From Eledone cirrhosa (lineage: Eukaryota): a stretch of 64,000 nt of DNA. A program made the position numbers and the translations under genes. Every line of letters begins with the position of its first letter. Positions within the stretch are counted from its first letter, which is position 1. Under the pieces are notes generated by a model. The model was not told where the DNA came from and did not search any database. It saw only the letters and a program-made list of their open reading frames with translations. Where the stretch lies: positions 37,448,001-37,512,000 of the forward strand of contig OZ024758.1 in NCBI GenBank assembly GCA_964016885.1, read 5' to 3'. Positions 1 to 12,300 of the stretch are shown here, piece by piece.

Positions 1-2639
1 ATTTAATTTCATGGTATTAGCTGTCAGAACGAACTCCACTGTTGGTGAGAATTCATTTAAGTTCATGGTATTAGCTCTCAGAAGTAACTCCACTGTTGGT
101 GAGAGTTCATTTAAGTCATGGTATTAGCTGTCAGAAGTAACTCCAATGTTGGTGAGAATTCATTTAAGTTCATGGTATTAGCTGTCAGAAGTAACTCCAC
201 TGTTGGTGAGAGTTCATTTAAGTCATGGTATTAGCTGTCAGAAGTAACTCCAATGTTGGTGAGAATTCATTTAAGTTCATGGTATTAGCTGTCAGAAGTA
301 ACTCCACTGTTGGTGAGAATTCATTTAAGTTCATGGTATTAGCTGTCAGAAGTAACTCCACTGTTGGTGAGAATTCATTTAAGTTCATGGTACTAGCTGT
401 CAGAAGTTACTCCACTGTTGGTGAGAATTCATTTAAGTTCATGGTATTAGTTTGTCAGAAGTAACTCCACTGTTGGTGAGAATTCATTTAAGTCATGGTA
501 TTAGTTGTCAGAAGTAACTCCAATGTTGGTGAGAATTCATTTAAGTTCATGGTATTAGCTGTCAGAAGGAACTCCACTGTTGGTGAGAATTCATTTAAGT
601 TCATGGTATTAGCTGTCAGAAGGAACTCCAATGTTGGTGAGAATTCATTTAAGTTCATGGTATTAGCTGTCAGAAGGAACTCCACTGTTGGTGAGAATTC
701 ATTTAAGTTCATGGTATTAGCTGTCAGAAGGAACTCCAATGTTGGTGAGAATTCATTTAAGTCATGGTACTAGCTGTCAGAAGTAACTCCAATGTTGGTG
801 AGAATTCATTTAAGTCATGGTACTAGCTGTCAGAAGTAACTCCAATGTTGGTGAGAATTCATTTAAGTTCATGGTATTAGCTGTCAGAAGGAACTCCACT
901 GTTGGTGAGAATTCATTTAAGTTCATGGTATTAGCTGTCAGAAGTAACTCCACTGTTGGTGAGAATTCATTTAAGTTCATGGTATTAGCTGTCAGAAGTA
1001 ACTCCACTGTTGGTGAGAATTCATTTAAGTTCATGGTACTAGCTGTCAGAAGTAACTCCAATGTTGGTGAGAATTCATTTAAGTTCATGGTATTAGCTGT
1101 CAGAAGTAACTCCACTGTTGGTGAGAATTCATTTAAGTCATGGTATTAGCTGTCAGAAGTAACTCCAATGTTGGTGAGAATTCATTTAAGTTCATGGTAT
1201 TAGCTGTCAGAAGTAACTCCAATGTTGGTGAGAATTCATTTAAGTTCATGGTATTAGCTGTCAGAAGGAACTCCACTGTTGCTGAGAATTCATTTAAGTT
1301 CATGGTATTAGCTGTCAGAAGTAACTCCACTGTTGGTGAGAATTCATTTAAGTTCATGGTACTAGCTGTCAGAAGTAACTCCACTGTTGGTGAGAATTCA
1401 TTTAAGTTCATGGTATTAGCTGTCAGAAGTCACTCCAATGTTGGTGAGAATTCATTTAAGTTCATGGTATTAGCTGTCAGAAGTCACTCCACTGTTGGTG
1501 AGAATTCATTTAAGTTCATGGTACTAGCTGTCAGAAGTAACCCCAATGTTGGTGAGAATTCATTTAAGTTCATGGTATTAGCTATCAGAAGTCACTCCAA
1601 TGTTGGTGAGAATTCATTTAAGTTCATGGTATTAGCTGTCAGAAGTAACTCCACTGTTGGTGAGAATTCATTTAAGTTCATGGTATTAGCTGTCAGAAGT
1701 AACTCCACAGTTGGTGAGAATTCATTTAAGTTCATGGTATTAGCTGTCAGAAGGAACTCCACTGTTGGTGAGAATTCATTTAAGTTCATGGTACTAGCTG
1801 TCAGAAGTAACTCCACTGTTGGTGAGAATTCATTTAAGTTCATGGTATTAGTTTGTCAGAAGTAACTCCACTGTTGGTGAGAATTCATTTAAGTCATGGT
1901 ATTAGTTGTCAGAAGTAACTCCAATGTTGGTGAGAATTCATTTAAGCCATGGTACTAGCTGTCAGAAGTAACTCCAATGTTGGTGAGAATTCATTTAAGT
2001 TCATGGTATTAGCTGTCAGAACGAACTCCACTGTTGGTGAGAATTCATTTAAGTTCATGGTATTAGCTGTCAGAAGTAACTCCACTGTTGGTGAGAATTC
2101 ATTTAAGTTCATGGTACTAGCTGTCAGAAGTAACTCCAATGTTGGTGAGAATTCATTTAAGTTCATGGTATTAGCTGTCAGAAGTAACTCCACTGTTGGT
2201 GAGAGTTCATTTAAGTCATGGTATTAGCTGTCAGAAGTAACTCCAATGTTGGTGAGAATTCATTTAAGTTCATGGTATTAGCTGTCAGAAGTAACTCCAC
2301 TGTTGGTGAGAATTCATTTAAGTTCATGGTATTAGCTGTCAGAAGTAACTCCACTGTTGGTGAGAATTCATTTAAGTTCATGGTACTAGCTGTCAGAAGT
2401 AACTCCACTGTTGGTGAGAATTCATTTAAGTTCATGGTATTAGTTTGTCAGAAGTAACTCCACTGTTGGTGAGAATTCATTTAAGTCATGGTATTAGTTG
2501 TCAGAAGTAACTCCAATGTTGGTGAGAATTCATTTAAGTTCATGGTATTAGCTGTCAGAAGGAACTCCACTGTTGGTGAGAATTCATTTAAGTTCATGGT
2601 ATTAGCTGTCAGAAGGAACTCCAATGTTGGTGAGAATTC

Positions 2640-3900
2640 ATTTAAGTCATGGTACTAGCTGTCAGAAGTAACTCCACTGTTGGTGAGAATTCATTTAAGT
2701 TCATGGTATTAGCTGTCAGAAGTAACTCCACTGTTGGTGAGAATTCATTTAAGTTCATGGTACTAGCTGTCAGAAGTAACTCCAATGTTGGTGAGAATTC
2801 ATTTAAGTTCATGGTATTAGTTTGTCAGAAGTAACTCCACTGTTGGTGAGAATTCATTTAAGTCATGGTATTAGTTGTCAGAAGTAACTCCAATGTTGGT
2901 GAGAATTCATTTAAGCCATGGTACTAGCTGTCAGAAGTAACTCCAATGTTGGTGAGAATTCATTTAATTTCATGGTATTAGCTGTCAGAGCGAACTCCAC
3001 TGTTGGTGAGAATTCATTTAAGTTCATGGTATTAGCTGTCAGAAGTAACTCCACTGTTGGTGAGAATTCATTTAAGTTCATGGTACTAGCTGTCAGAAGT
3101 AACTCCAATGTTGGTGAGAATTCATTTAAGTTCATGGTATTAGCTGTCCGAAGTAACTCCACTGTTGGTGAGAATTCATTTAAGTCATGGTATTAGCTGT
3201 CAGAAGTAACTCCAATGTTGGTGAGAATTCATTTAAGTTCATGTTATTAGCTGTCAGAAGTAACTCCAATGTTGGTGAGAATTCATTTAAGTTCATGGTA
3301 TTAGCTGTCAGAAGGAACTCCACTGTTGGTGAGAATTCATTTAAGTTCATGGTATTAGCTGTCAGAAGGAACTCCAATGTTGGTGAGAATTCATTTAAGT
3401 CATGGTACTAGCTGTCAGAAGTAACTCCACTGTTGGTGAGAATTCATTTAAGTTCATGGTATTAGCTGTCAGAAGTAACTCCACTGTTGGTGAGAATTCA
3501 TTTAAGTTCATGGTACTAGCTGTCAGAAGTAACTCCAATGTTGGTGAGAATTCATTTAAGTTCATGGTATTAGTTTGTCAGAAGTAACTCCACTGTTGGT
3601 GAGAATTCATTTAAGTCATGGTATTAGTTGTCAGAAGTAACTCCAATGTTGGTGAGAATTCATTTAAGCCATGGTACTAGCTGTCAGAAGTAACTCCAAT
3701 GTTGGTGAGAATTCATTTAATTTCATGGTATTAGCTGTCAGAACGAACTCCACTGTTGGTGAGAATTCATTTAAGTTCATGGTATTAGCTGTCAGAAGTA
3801 ACTCCACTGTTGGTGAGAATTCAGTTAAGTTCATGGTACTAGCTGTCAGAAGTAACTCCAATGTTGGTGAGAATTCATTTAAGTTCATGGTATTAGCTGT
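2640..3900. repeat. Local tandem duplication, period 753 bp (14 monomers)
   Basis: Matching ORF landmarks 2649->3402 and 2918->3671 are both +753. Both copies carry the rarer TTAATTTC variant. A few substitutions distinguish the copies. Confidence 0.75.
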
Positions 3901-6399
3901 CAGAAGTAACTCCACTGTTGGTGAGAATTCATTTAAGTTCATGGTATTAGCTGTCAGAAGGAACTCCACTGTTGGTGAGAATTCATTTAAGTTCATGGTA
4001 TTAGCTGTCAGAAGTAACTCCACTGTTGGTGAGAATTCATTTAAGTCATGGTATTAGCTGTCAGAAGTAACTCCATTGTTGGTGAGAATTCATTTAAGTC
4101 ATGGTACTAGCTGTCAGAAGTAACTCCAATGTTGGTGAGAATTCATTTAAGTCATGGTACTAGCTGTCAGAAGTAACTCCAATGTTGGTGAGAATTCATT
4201 TAAGTTCATGGTATTAGCTGTCAGAAGGAACTCCACTGTTGGTGAGAATTCATTTAAGTTCATGGTATTAGCTGTCAGAAGTAACTCCACTGTTGGTGAG
4301 AATTCATTTAAATTCATGGTATTAGCTGTCAGAAGTAACTCCACTGTTGGTGAGAATTCATTTAAGTTCATGGTACTAGCTGTCAGAAGTAACTCCAATG
4401 TTGGTGAGAATTCATTTAAGTTCATGGTATTAGCTGTCCGAAGTAACTCCACTGTTGGTGAGAATTCATTTAAGTCATGGTATTAGCTGTAAGAAGTAAC
4501 TCCAATGTTGGTGAGAATTCATTTAAGTTCATGTTATTAGCTGTCAGAAGTAACTCCAATGTTGATGAGAATTCATTTAAGTTCATGGTATTAGCTGTCA
4601 GAAGGAACTCCACTGTTGCTGAGAATTCATTTAAGTTCATGGTATTAGCTGTCAGAAGTAACTCCACTGTTGGTGAGAATTCATTTAAGTTCATGGTACT
4701 AGCTGTCAGAAGTAACTCCACTGTTGGTGAGAATTCATTTAAGTTCATGGTATTAGCTGTCAGAAGTCACTCCAATGTTGGTGAGAATACATTTAAGTTC
4801 ATGGTATTAGCTGTCAGAAGTCACTCCACTGTTGGTGAGAATTCATTTAAGTTTATGGTACTAGCTGTCAGAAGTAACCCCAATGTTGGTGAGAATTCAT
4901 TTAAGTTCATGGTATTAGCTATCAGAAGTCACTCCAATGTTGGTGAGAATTCATTTAAGTTCATGGTATTAGCTGTCAGAAGTAACTCCACTGTTGGTGA
5001 GAATTCATTTAAGTTCATGGTATTAGCTGTCAGAAGTAACTCCACTGTTGGTGAGAATTCATTTAAGTTCATGGTATTAGCTGTCAGAAGGAACTCCACT
5101 GTTGGTGAGAATTCATTTAAGTTCATGGTACTAGCTGTCAGAAGTAACTCCACTGTTGGTGAGAATTCATTTAAGTTCATGGTATTAGCTGTCAGAAGTA
5201 ACTCCACTGTTGGTGAGAATTCATTTAAGTTCATGGTATTAGCTGTCAGAAGTAACTCCACTGTTGGTGAGAATTCATTTAAGTTCATGGTATTAGCTGT
5301 CAGAAGGAACTCCACTGTTGCTGAGAATTCATTTAAGTTCATGGTACTAGCTGTCAGAAGTAACTCCACTGTTGGTGAGAATTCATTTAAGTTCATGGTA
5401 TTAGCTGTCAGAAGTAACTCCACTGTTGGTGAGAATTCATTTAAGTTCATGGTATTAGCTGTCAGAAGTAACTCCACTGTTTGTGAGAATTCATTTAAGT
5501 TCATGGTATCAGCTGTCAGAAGGAACTCCACTGTTGGTGAGAATTCATTTAAGTTCATGGTACTAGCTGTCAGAAGTAACTCCACTGTTGGTGAGAATTC
5601 ATTTAAGTTCATGGTATTAGTTTGTCAGAAGTAACTCCACTGTTGGTGAGAATTCATTTAAGTCATGGTATTAGTTGTCAGAAGTAACTCCAATGTTGGT
5701 GAGAATTCATTTAAGCCATGGTACTAGCTGTCAGAAGTAACTCCAATGTTGGTGAGAATTCATTTAAGTTCATGGTATTAGCTGTCAGAACGAACTCCAC
5801 TGTTGGTGAGAATTCATTTAAGTCCATGGTATTAGCTGTCAGAAGTAACTCCACTGTTGGTGAGAATTCATTTAAGTTCATGGTACTAGCTGTCAGAAGT
5901 AACTCCAATGTTGGTGAGAATTCATTTAAGTTCATGGTATTAGCTGTCAGAAGTAACTCCACTGTTGGTGAGAGTTCATTTAAGTCATGGTATTAGCTGT
6001 CAGAAGTAACTCCAATGTTGGTGAGAATTCATTTAAGTTCATGGTATTAGCTGTCAGAAGTAACTCCACTGTTGGTGAGAATTCATTTAAGTTCATGGCA
6101 TTAGCTGTCAGAAGTAACTCCACTGTTGGTGAGAATTCATTTAAGTTCATGGTACTAGCTGTCAGAAGTAACTCCACTGTTGGTGAGAATTCATTTAAGT
6201 TCATGGTATTAGTTTGTCAGAAGTAACTTCACTGTTGGTGAGAATTCATTTAAGTCATGGTATTAGTTGTCAGAAGTAACTCCAATGTTGGTGAGAATTC
6301 ATTTAAGTTCATGGTATTAGCTGTCAGAAGGAACTCCACTGTTGGTGAGAATTCATTTAAGTTCATGGTATTAGCTGTCAGAAGGAACTCCAATGTTGG

Positions 6400-9300
6400 T
6401 GAGAATTCATTTAAGTCATGGTACTAGCTGTCAGAAGTAACTCCACTGTTGGTGAGAATTCATTTAAGTTCATGGTATTAGCTGTCAGAAGGAACTCCAC
6501 TGTTGGTGAGAATTCATTTAAGTTCATGGTATTAGCTGTCAGAAGTAACTCCACTGTTGGTGAGAATTCATTTAAGTCATGGTATTAGCTGTCAGAAGTA
6601 ACTCCATTGTTGGTGAGAATTCATTTAAGTCATGGTACTAGCTGTCAGAAGTAACTCCAATGTTGGTGAGAATTCATTTAAGTCATGGTACTAGCTGTCA
6701 GAAGTAACTCCAATGTTGGTGAGAATTCATTTAAGTTCATGGTATTAGCTGTCAGAAGGAACTCCACTGTTGGTGAGAATTCATTTAAGTTCATGGTATT
6801 AGCTGTCAGAAGTAACTCCACTGTTGGTGAGAATTCATTTAAGTTCATGGTATTAGCTGTCAGAAGTAACTCCACTGTTGGTGAGAATTCATTTAAGTTC
6901 ATGGTACTAGCTGTCAGAAGTAACTCCAATGTTGGTGAGAATTCATTTAAGTTCATGGTATTAGCTGTCAGAAGTAACTCCACTGTTGGTGAGAATTCAT
7001 TTAAGTTCATGGTATTAGCTGTCAGAAGTAACTCCAATGTTGGTGAGAATTCATTTAAGTTCATGGTATTAGCTGTCAGAAGTAACTCCAATGTTGGTGA
7101 GAATTCATTTAAGTTCATGGTATTAGCTGTCAGAAGGAACTCCACTGTTGCTGAGAATTCATTTAAGTTCATGGTACTAGCTGTCAGAAGTAACTCCACT
7201 GTTGGTGAGAATTCATTTAAGTTCATGGTATTAGCTGTCAGAAGTCACTCCAATGTTGGTGAGAATTCATTTAAGTTCATGGTATTAGCTGTCAGAAGTC
7301 ACTCCACTGTTGGTGAGAATTCATTTAAGTTCATGGTACTAGCTGTCAGAAGTAACCCTAATGTTGGTGAGAATTCATTTAAGTTCATGGTATTAGCTGT
7401 CAGAAGTCACTCCAATGTTGGTGAGAATTCATTTAAGTTCATGGTATTAGCTGTCAGAAGTAACTCCACTGTTGGTGAGAATTCATTTAAGTTCATGGTA
7501 TTAGCTGTCAGAAGTAACTCCACTGTTGGTGAGAATTCATTTAAGTTCATGGTATTAGCTGTCAGAAGGAACTCCACTGTTGGTGAGAATTCATTTAAGT
7601 TCATGGTACTAGCTGTCAGAAATAACTCCACTGTTGGTGAGAATTCATTTAAGTTCATGGTATTAGTTTGTCAGAAGTAACTCCACTGTTGGTGAGAATT
7701 CATTTAAGTCATGGTATTAGTTGTCAGAAGTAACTCCAATGTTGGTGAGAATTCATTTAAGCCATGGTACTAGCTGTCAGAAGTAACTCCAATGTTGGTG
7801 AGAATTCATTTAAGTTCATGGTATTAACTGTCAGAACGAACTCCACTGTTGGTGAAAATTCATTTAAGTTCATGGTATTAGCTGTCAGAAGTAACTCCAC
7901 TGTTGGTGAGAATTCATTTAAGTTCATGGTACTAGCTGTCAGAAGTAACTCCAATGTTGGTGAGAATTCATTTAAGTTCATGGTATTAGCTGTCAGAAGT
8001 AACTCCACTGTTGGTGAGAGTTCATTTAAGTCATGGTATTAGCTGTCAGAAGTAACTCCAATGTTGGTGAGAATTCATTTAAGTTCATGGTATTAGCTGT
8101 CAGAATTAACTCCACTGTTGGTGAGAATTCATTTAAGTTCATGGTATTAGCTGTCAGAAGTAACTCCACTGTTGGTGAGAATTCATTTAAGTTCATGGTA
8201 CTAGCTGTCAGAAGTAACTCCACTGTTGGTGAGAATTCATTTAAGTTCATGGTATTAGTTTGTCAGAAGTAACTCCACTGTTGGTGAGAATTCATTTAAG
8301 TCATGGTATTAGTTGTCAGAAGTAACTCCAATGTTGGTGAGAATTCATTTAAGTTCATGGTATTAGCTGTCAGAAGGAACTCCACTGTTGGTGAGAATTC
8401 ATTTAAGTTCATGGTATTAGCTGTCAGAAGGAACTCCAATGTTGGTGAGAATTCATTTAAGTCATGGTACTAGCTGTCAGAAGTAACTCCACTGTTGGTG
8501 AGAATTCATTTAAGTTCATGGTATTAGCTGTCAGAAGGAACTCCACTGTTGGTGAGAATTCATTTAAGTTCATGGTACTAGCTGTCAGAAGTAACTCCAC
8601 TGTTGGTGAGAATTCATTTAAGTTCATGGTATTAGTTTGTCAGAAGTAACTCCACTGTTGGTGAGAATTCATTTAAGTCATGGTATTAGTTGTCAGAAGT
8701 AACTCCAATGTTGGTGAGAATTCATTTAAGCCATGGTACTAGCTGTCAGAAGTAACTCCAATGTTGGTGAGAATTCATTTAATTTCATGGTATTAGCTGT
8801 CAGAACGAACTCCACTGTTGGTGAGAATTCATTTAAGTTCATGGTATTAGCTCTCAGAAGTAACTCCACTGTTGGTGAGAGTTCATTTAAGTCATGGTAT
8901 TAGCTGTCAGAAGTAACTCCAATGTTGGTGAGAATTCATTTAAGTTCATGGTATTAGCTGTCAGAAGTAACGCCACAGTTGGTGAGAATTCATTTAAGTT
9001 CATGGTATTAGCTGTCAGAAGTAACTCCACTGTTGGTGAGAGTTCATTTAAGTTCATGGTACTAGCTGTCAGAAGTAACTCCACTGTTGGTGAGAATTCA
9101 TTTAAGTTCATGGTATTAGTTTGTCAGAAGTAACTCCACTGTTGGTGAGAATTCATTTAAGTCATGGTATTAGTTGTCAGATGTAACTCCAATGTTGGTG
9201 AGAATTCATTTAAGTTCATGGTATTAGCTGTCAGAAGGAACTCCACTGTTGGTGAGAATTCATTTAAGTTCATGGTATTAGCTGTCAGAAGGAACTCCAA

Positions 9301-12300
9301 TGTTGGTGAGAATTCATTTAAGTCATGGTACTAGCTGTCAGAAGTAACTCCACTGTTGGTGAGAATTCATTTAAGTTCATGGTATTAGCTGTCAGAAGGA
9401 ACTCCACTGTTGGTGAGAATTCATTTAAGTTCATGGTACTAGCTGTCAGAAGGAACTCCAATGTTGGTGAGAATTCATTTAAGTCATGGTACTAGCTGTC
9501 AGAAGTAACTCCACTGTTGGTGAGAATTCATTTAAGTTCATGGTATTAGCTGTCAGAAGGAACTCCACTGTTGGTGAGAATTCATTTAAGTTCATGGTAT
9601 TAGCTGTCAGAAGTAACTCCACTGTTGGTGAGAATTCATTTAAGTCATGGTATTAGCTGTCAGAAGTAACTCCATTGTTGGTGAGAATTCATTTAAGTCA
9701 TGGTACTAGCTGTCAGAAGTAACTCCAATGTTGGTGAGAATTCATTTAAGTCATGGTACTAGCTGTCAGAAGTAACTCCAATGTTGGTGAGAATTCATTT
9801 AAGTTCATGGTATTAGCTATCAGAAGGAACTCCACTGTTGGTGAGAATTCATTTAAGTTCATGGTATTAGCTGTCAGAAGTAACTCCACTGTTGGTGAGA
9901 ATTCATTTAAGTTCATGGTATTAGCTGTCAGAAGTAACTCCACTGTTGGTGAGAATTCATTTAAGTTCATGGTACTAGCTGTCAGAAGTAACTCCAATGT
10001 TGGTGAGAATTCATTTAAGTTCATGGTATTAGCTGTCAGAAGTAACTCCAATGTTGGTGAGAATTCATTTAAGTTCATGGTATTAGCTGTCAGAAGGAAC
10101 TCCACTGTTGCTGAGAATTCATTTAAGTTCATGGTATTAGCTGTCAGAAGTAACTCCACTGTTGGTGACAATTCATTTAAGTTCATGGTACTAGCTGTCA
10201 GAAGTAACTCCACTGTTGGTGAGAATTCATTTAAGTTCATGGTATTAGCTGTCAGAAGTCACTCCAATGTTGGTGAGAATTCATTTAAGTTCATGGTATT
10301 AGCTGTCAGAAGTCACTCCACTGTTGGTGAGAATTCATTTAAGTTCATGGTACTAGCTGTCAGAAGTAACCCTAATGTTGGTGAGAATTCATTTAAGTTC
10401 ATGGTATTAGCTGTCAGAAGTCACTCCAATGTTGGTGAGAATTCATTTAAGTTCATGGTATTAGCTGTCAGAAGTAACTCCACTGTTGGTGAGAATTCAT
10501 TTAAGTTCATGGTATTAGCTGTCAGAAGTAACTCCACTGTTGGTGAGAATTCATTTAAGTTCATGGTATTAGCTGTCAGAAGGAACTCCACTGTTGGTGA
10601 GAATTCATTTAAGTTCATGGTACTAGCTGTCAGAAATAACTCCACTGTTGGTGAGAATTCATTTAAGTTCATGGTATTAGTTTGTCAGAAGTAACTCCAC
10701 TGTTGGTGAGAATTCATTTAAGTCATGGTATTAGTTGTCAGAAGTAACTCCAATGTTGGTGAGAATTCATTTAAGCCATGGTACTAGCTGTCAGAAGTAA
10801 CTCCAATGTTGGTGAGAATTCATTTAAGTTCATGGTATTAGCTGTCAGAACGAACTCCACTGTTGGTGAAAATTCATTTAAGTTCATGGTATTAGCTGTC
10901 AGAAGTAACTCCACTGTTGGTGAGAATTCATTTAAGTTCATGGTACTAGCTGTCAGAAGTAACTCCAATGTTGGTGAGAATTCATTTAAGTTCATGGTAT
11001 TAGCTGTCAGAAGTAACTCCACTGTTGGTGAGAGTTCATTTAAGTCATGGTATTAGCTGTCAGAAGTAACTCCAATGTTGGTGAGAATTCATTTAAGTTC
11101 ATGGTATTAGCTGTCAGAATTAACTCCACTGTTGGTGAGAATTCATTTAAGTTCATGGTATTAGCTGTCAGAAGTAACTCCACTGTTGGTGAGAATTCAT
11201 TTAAGTTCATGGTACTAGCTGTCAGAAGTAACTCCACTGTTGGTGAGAATTCATTTAAGTTCATGGTATTAGTTTGTCAGAAGTAACTCCACTGTTGGTG
11301 AGAATTCATTTAAGTCATGGTATTAGTTGTCAGAAGTAACTCCAATGTTGGTGAGAATTCATTTAAGTTCATGGTATTAGCTGTCAGAAGGAACTCCACT
11401 GTTGGTGAGAATTCATTTAAGTTCATGGTATTAGCTGTCAGAAGGAACTCCAATGTTGGTGAGAATTCATTTAAGTCATGGTACTAGCTGTCAGAAGTAA
11501 CTCCACTGTTGGTGAGAATTCATTTAAGTTCATGGTATTAGCTGTCAGAAGGAACTCCACTGTTGGTGAGAATTCATTTAAGTTCATGGTACTAGCTGTC
11601 AGAAGTAAATCCACTGTTGGTGAGAATTCATTTAAGTTCATGGTATTAGTTTGTCAGAAGTAACTCCACTGTTGGTGAGAATTCATTTAAGTCATGGTAT
11701 TAGTTGTCAGAAGTAACTCCAATGTTGGTGAGAATTCATTTAAGCCATGGTACTAGCTGTCAGAAGTAACTCCAATGTTGGTGAGAATTCATTTAATTTC
11801 ATGGTATTAGCTGTCAGAACGAACTCCACTGTTGGTGAGAATTCATTTAAGTTCATGGTATTAGCTCTCAGAAGTAACTCCACTGTTGGTGAGAGTTCAT
11901 TTAAGTCATGGTATTAGCTGTCAGAAGTAACTCCAATGTTGGTGAGAATTCATTTAAGTTCATGGTATTAGCTGTCAGAAGTAACGCCACAGTTGGTGAG
12001 AATTCATTTAAGTTCATGGTACTAGCTGTCAGAAGGAACTCCAATGTTGGTGAGAATTCATTTAAGTCATGGTACTAGCTGTCAGAAGTAACTCCACTGT
12101 TGGTGAGAATTCATTTAAGTTCATGGTATTAGCTGTCAGAAGGAACTCCACTGTTGGTGAGAATTCATTTAAGTTCATGGTATTAGCTGTCAGAAGTAAC
12201 TCCACTGTTGGTGAGAATTCATTTAAGTCATGGTATTAGCTGTCAGACGTAACTCCATTGTTGGTGAGAATTCATTTAAGTCATGGTACTAGCTGTCAGA

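Noticed and set aside
225-278. CpG absence in the consensus as evidence of methylation-driven decay
   Set aside because: Only about 1.8 CpG are expected in a 54-mer with 8 C and 12 G, so zero is uninformative. Several CpG-creating variants are also propagated.
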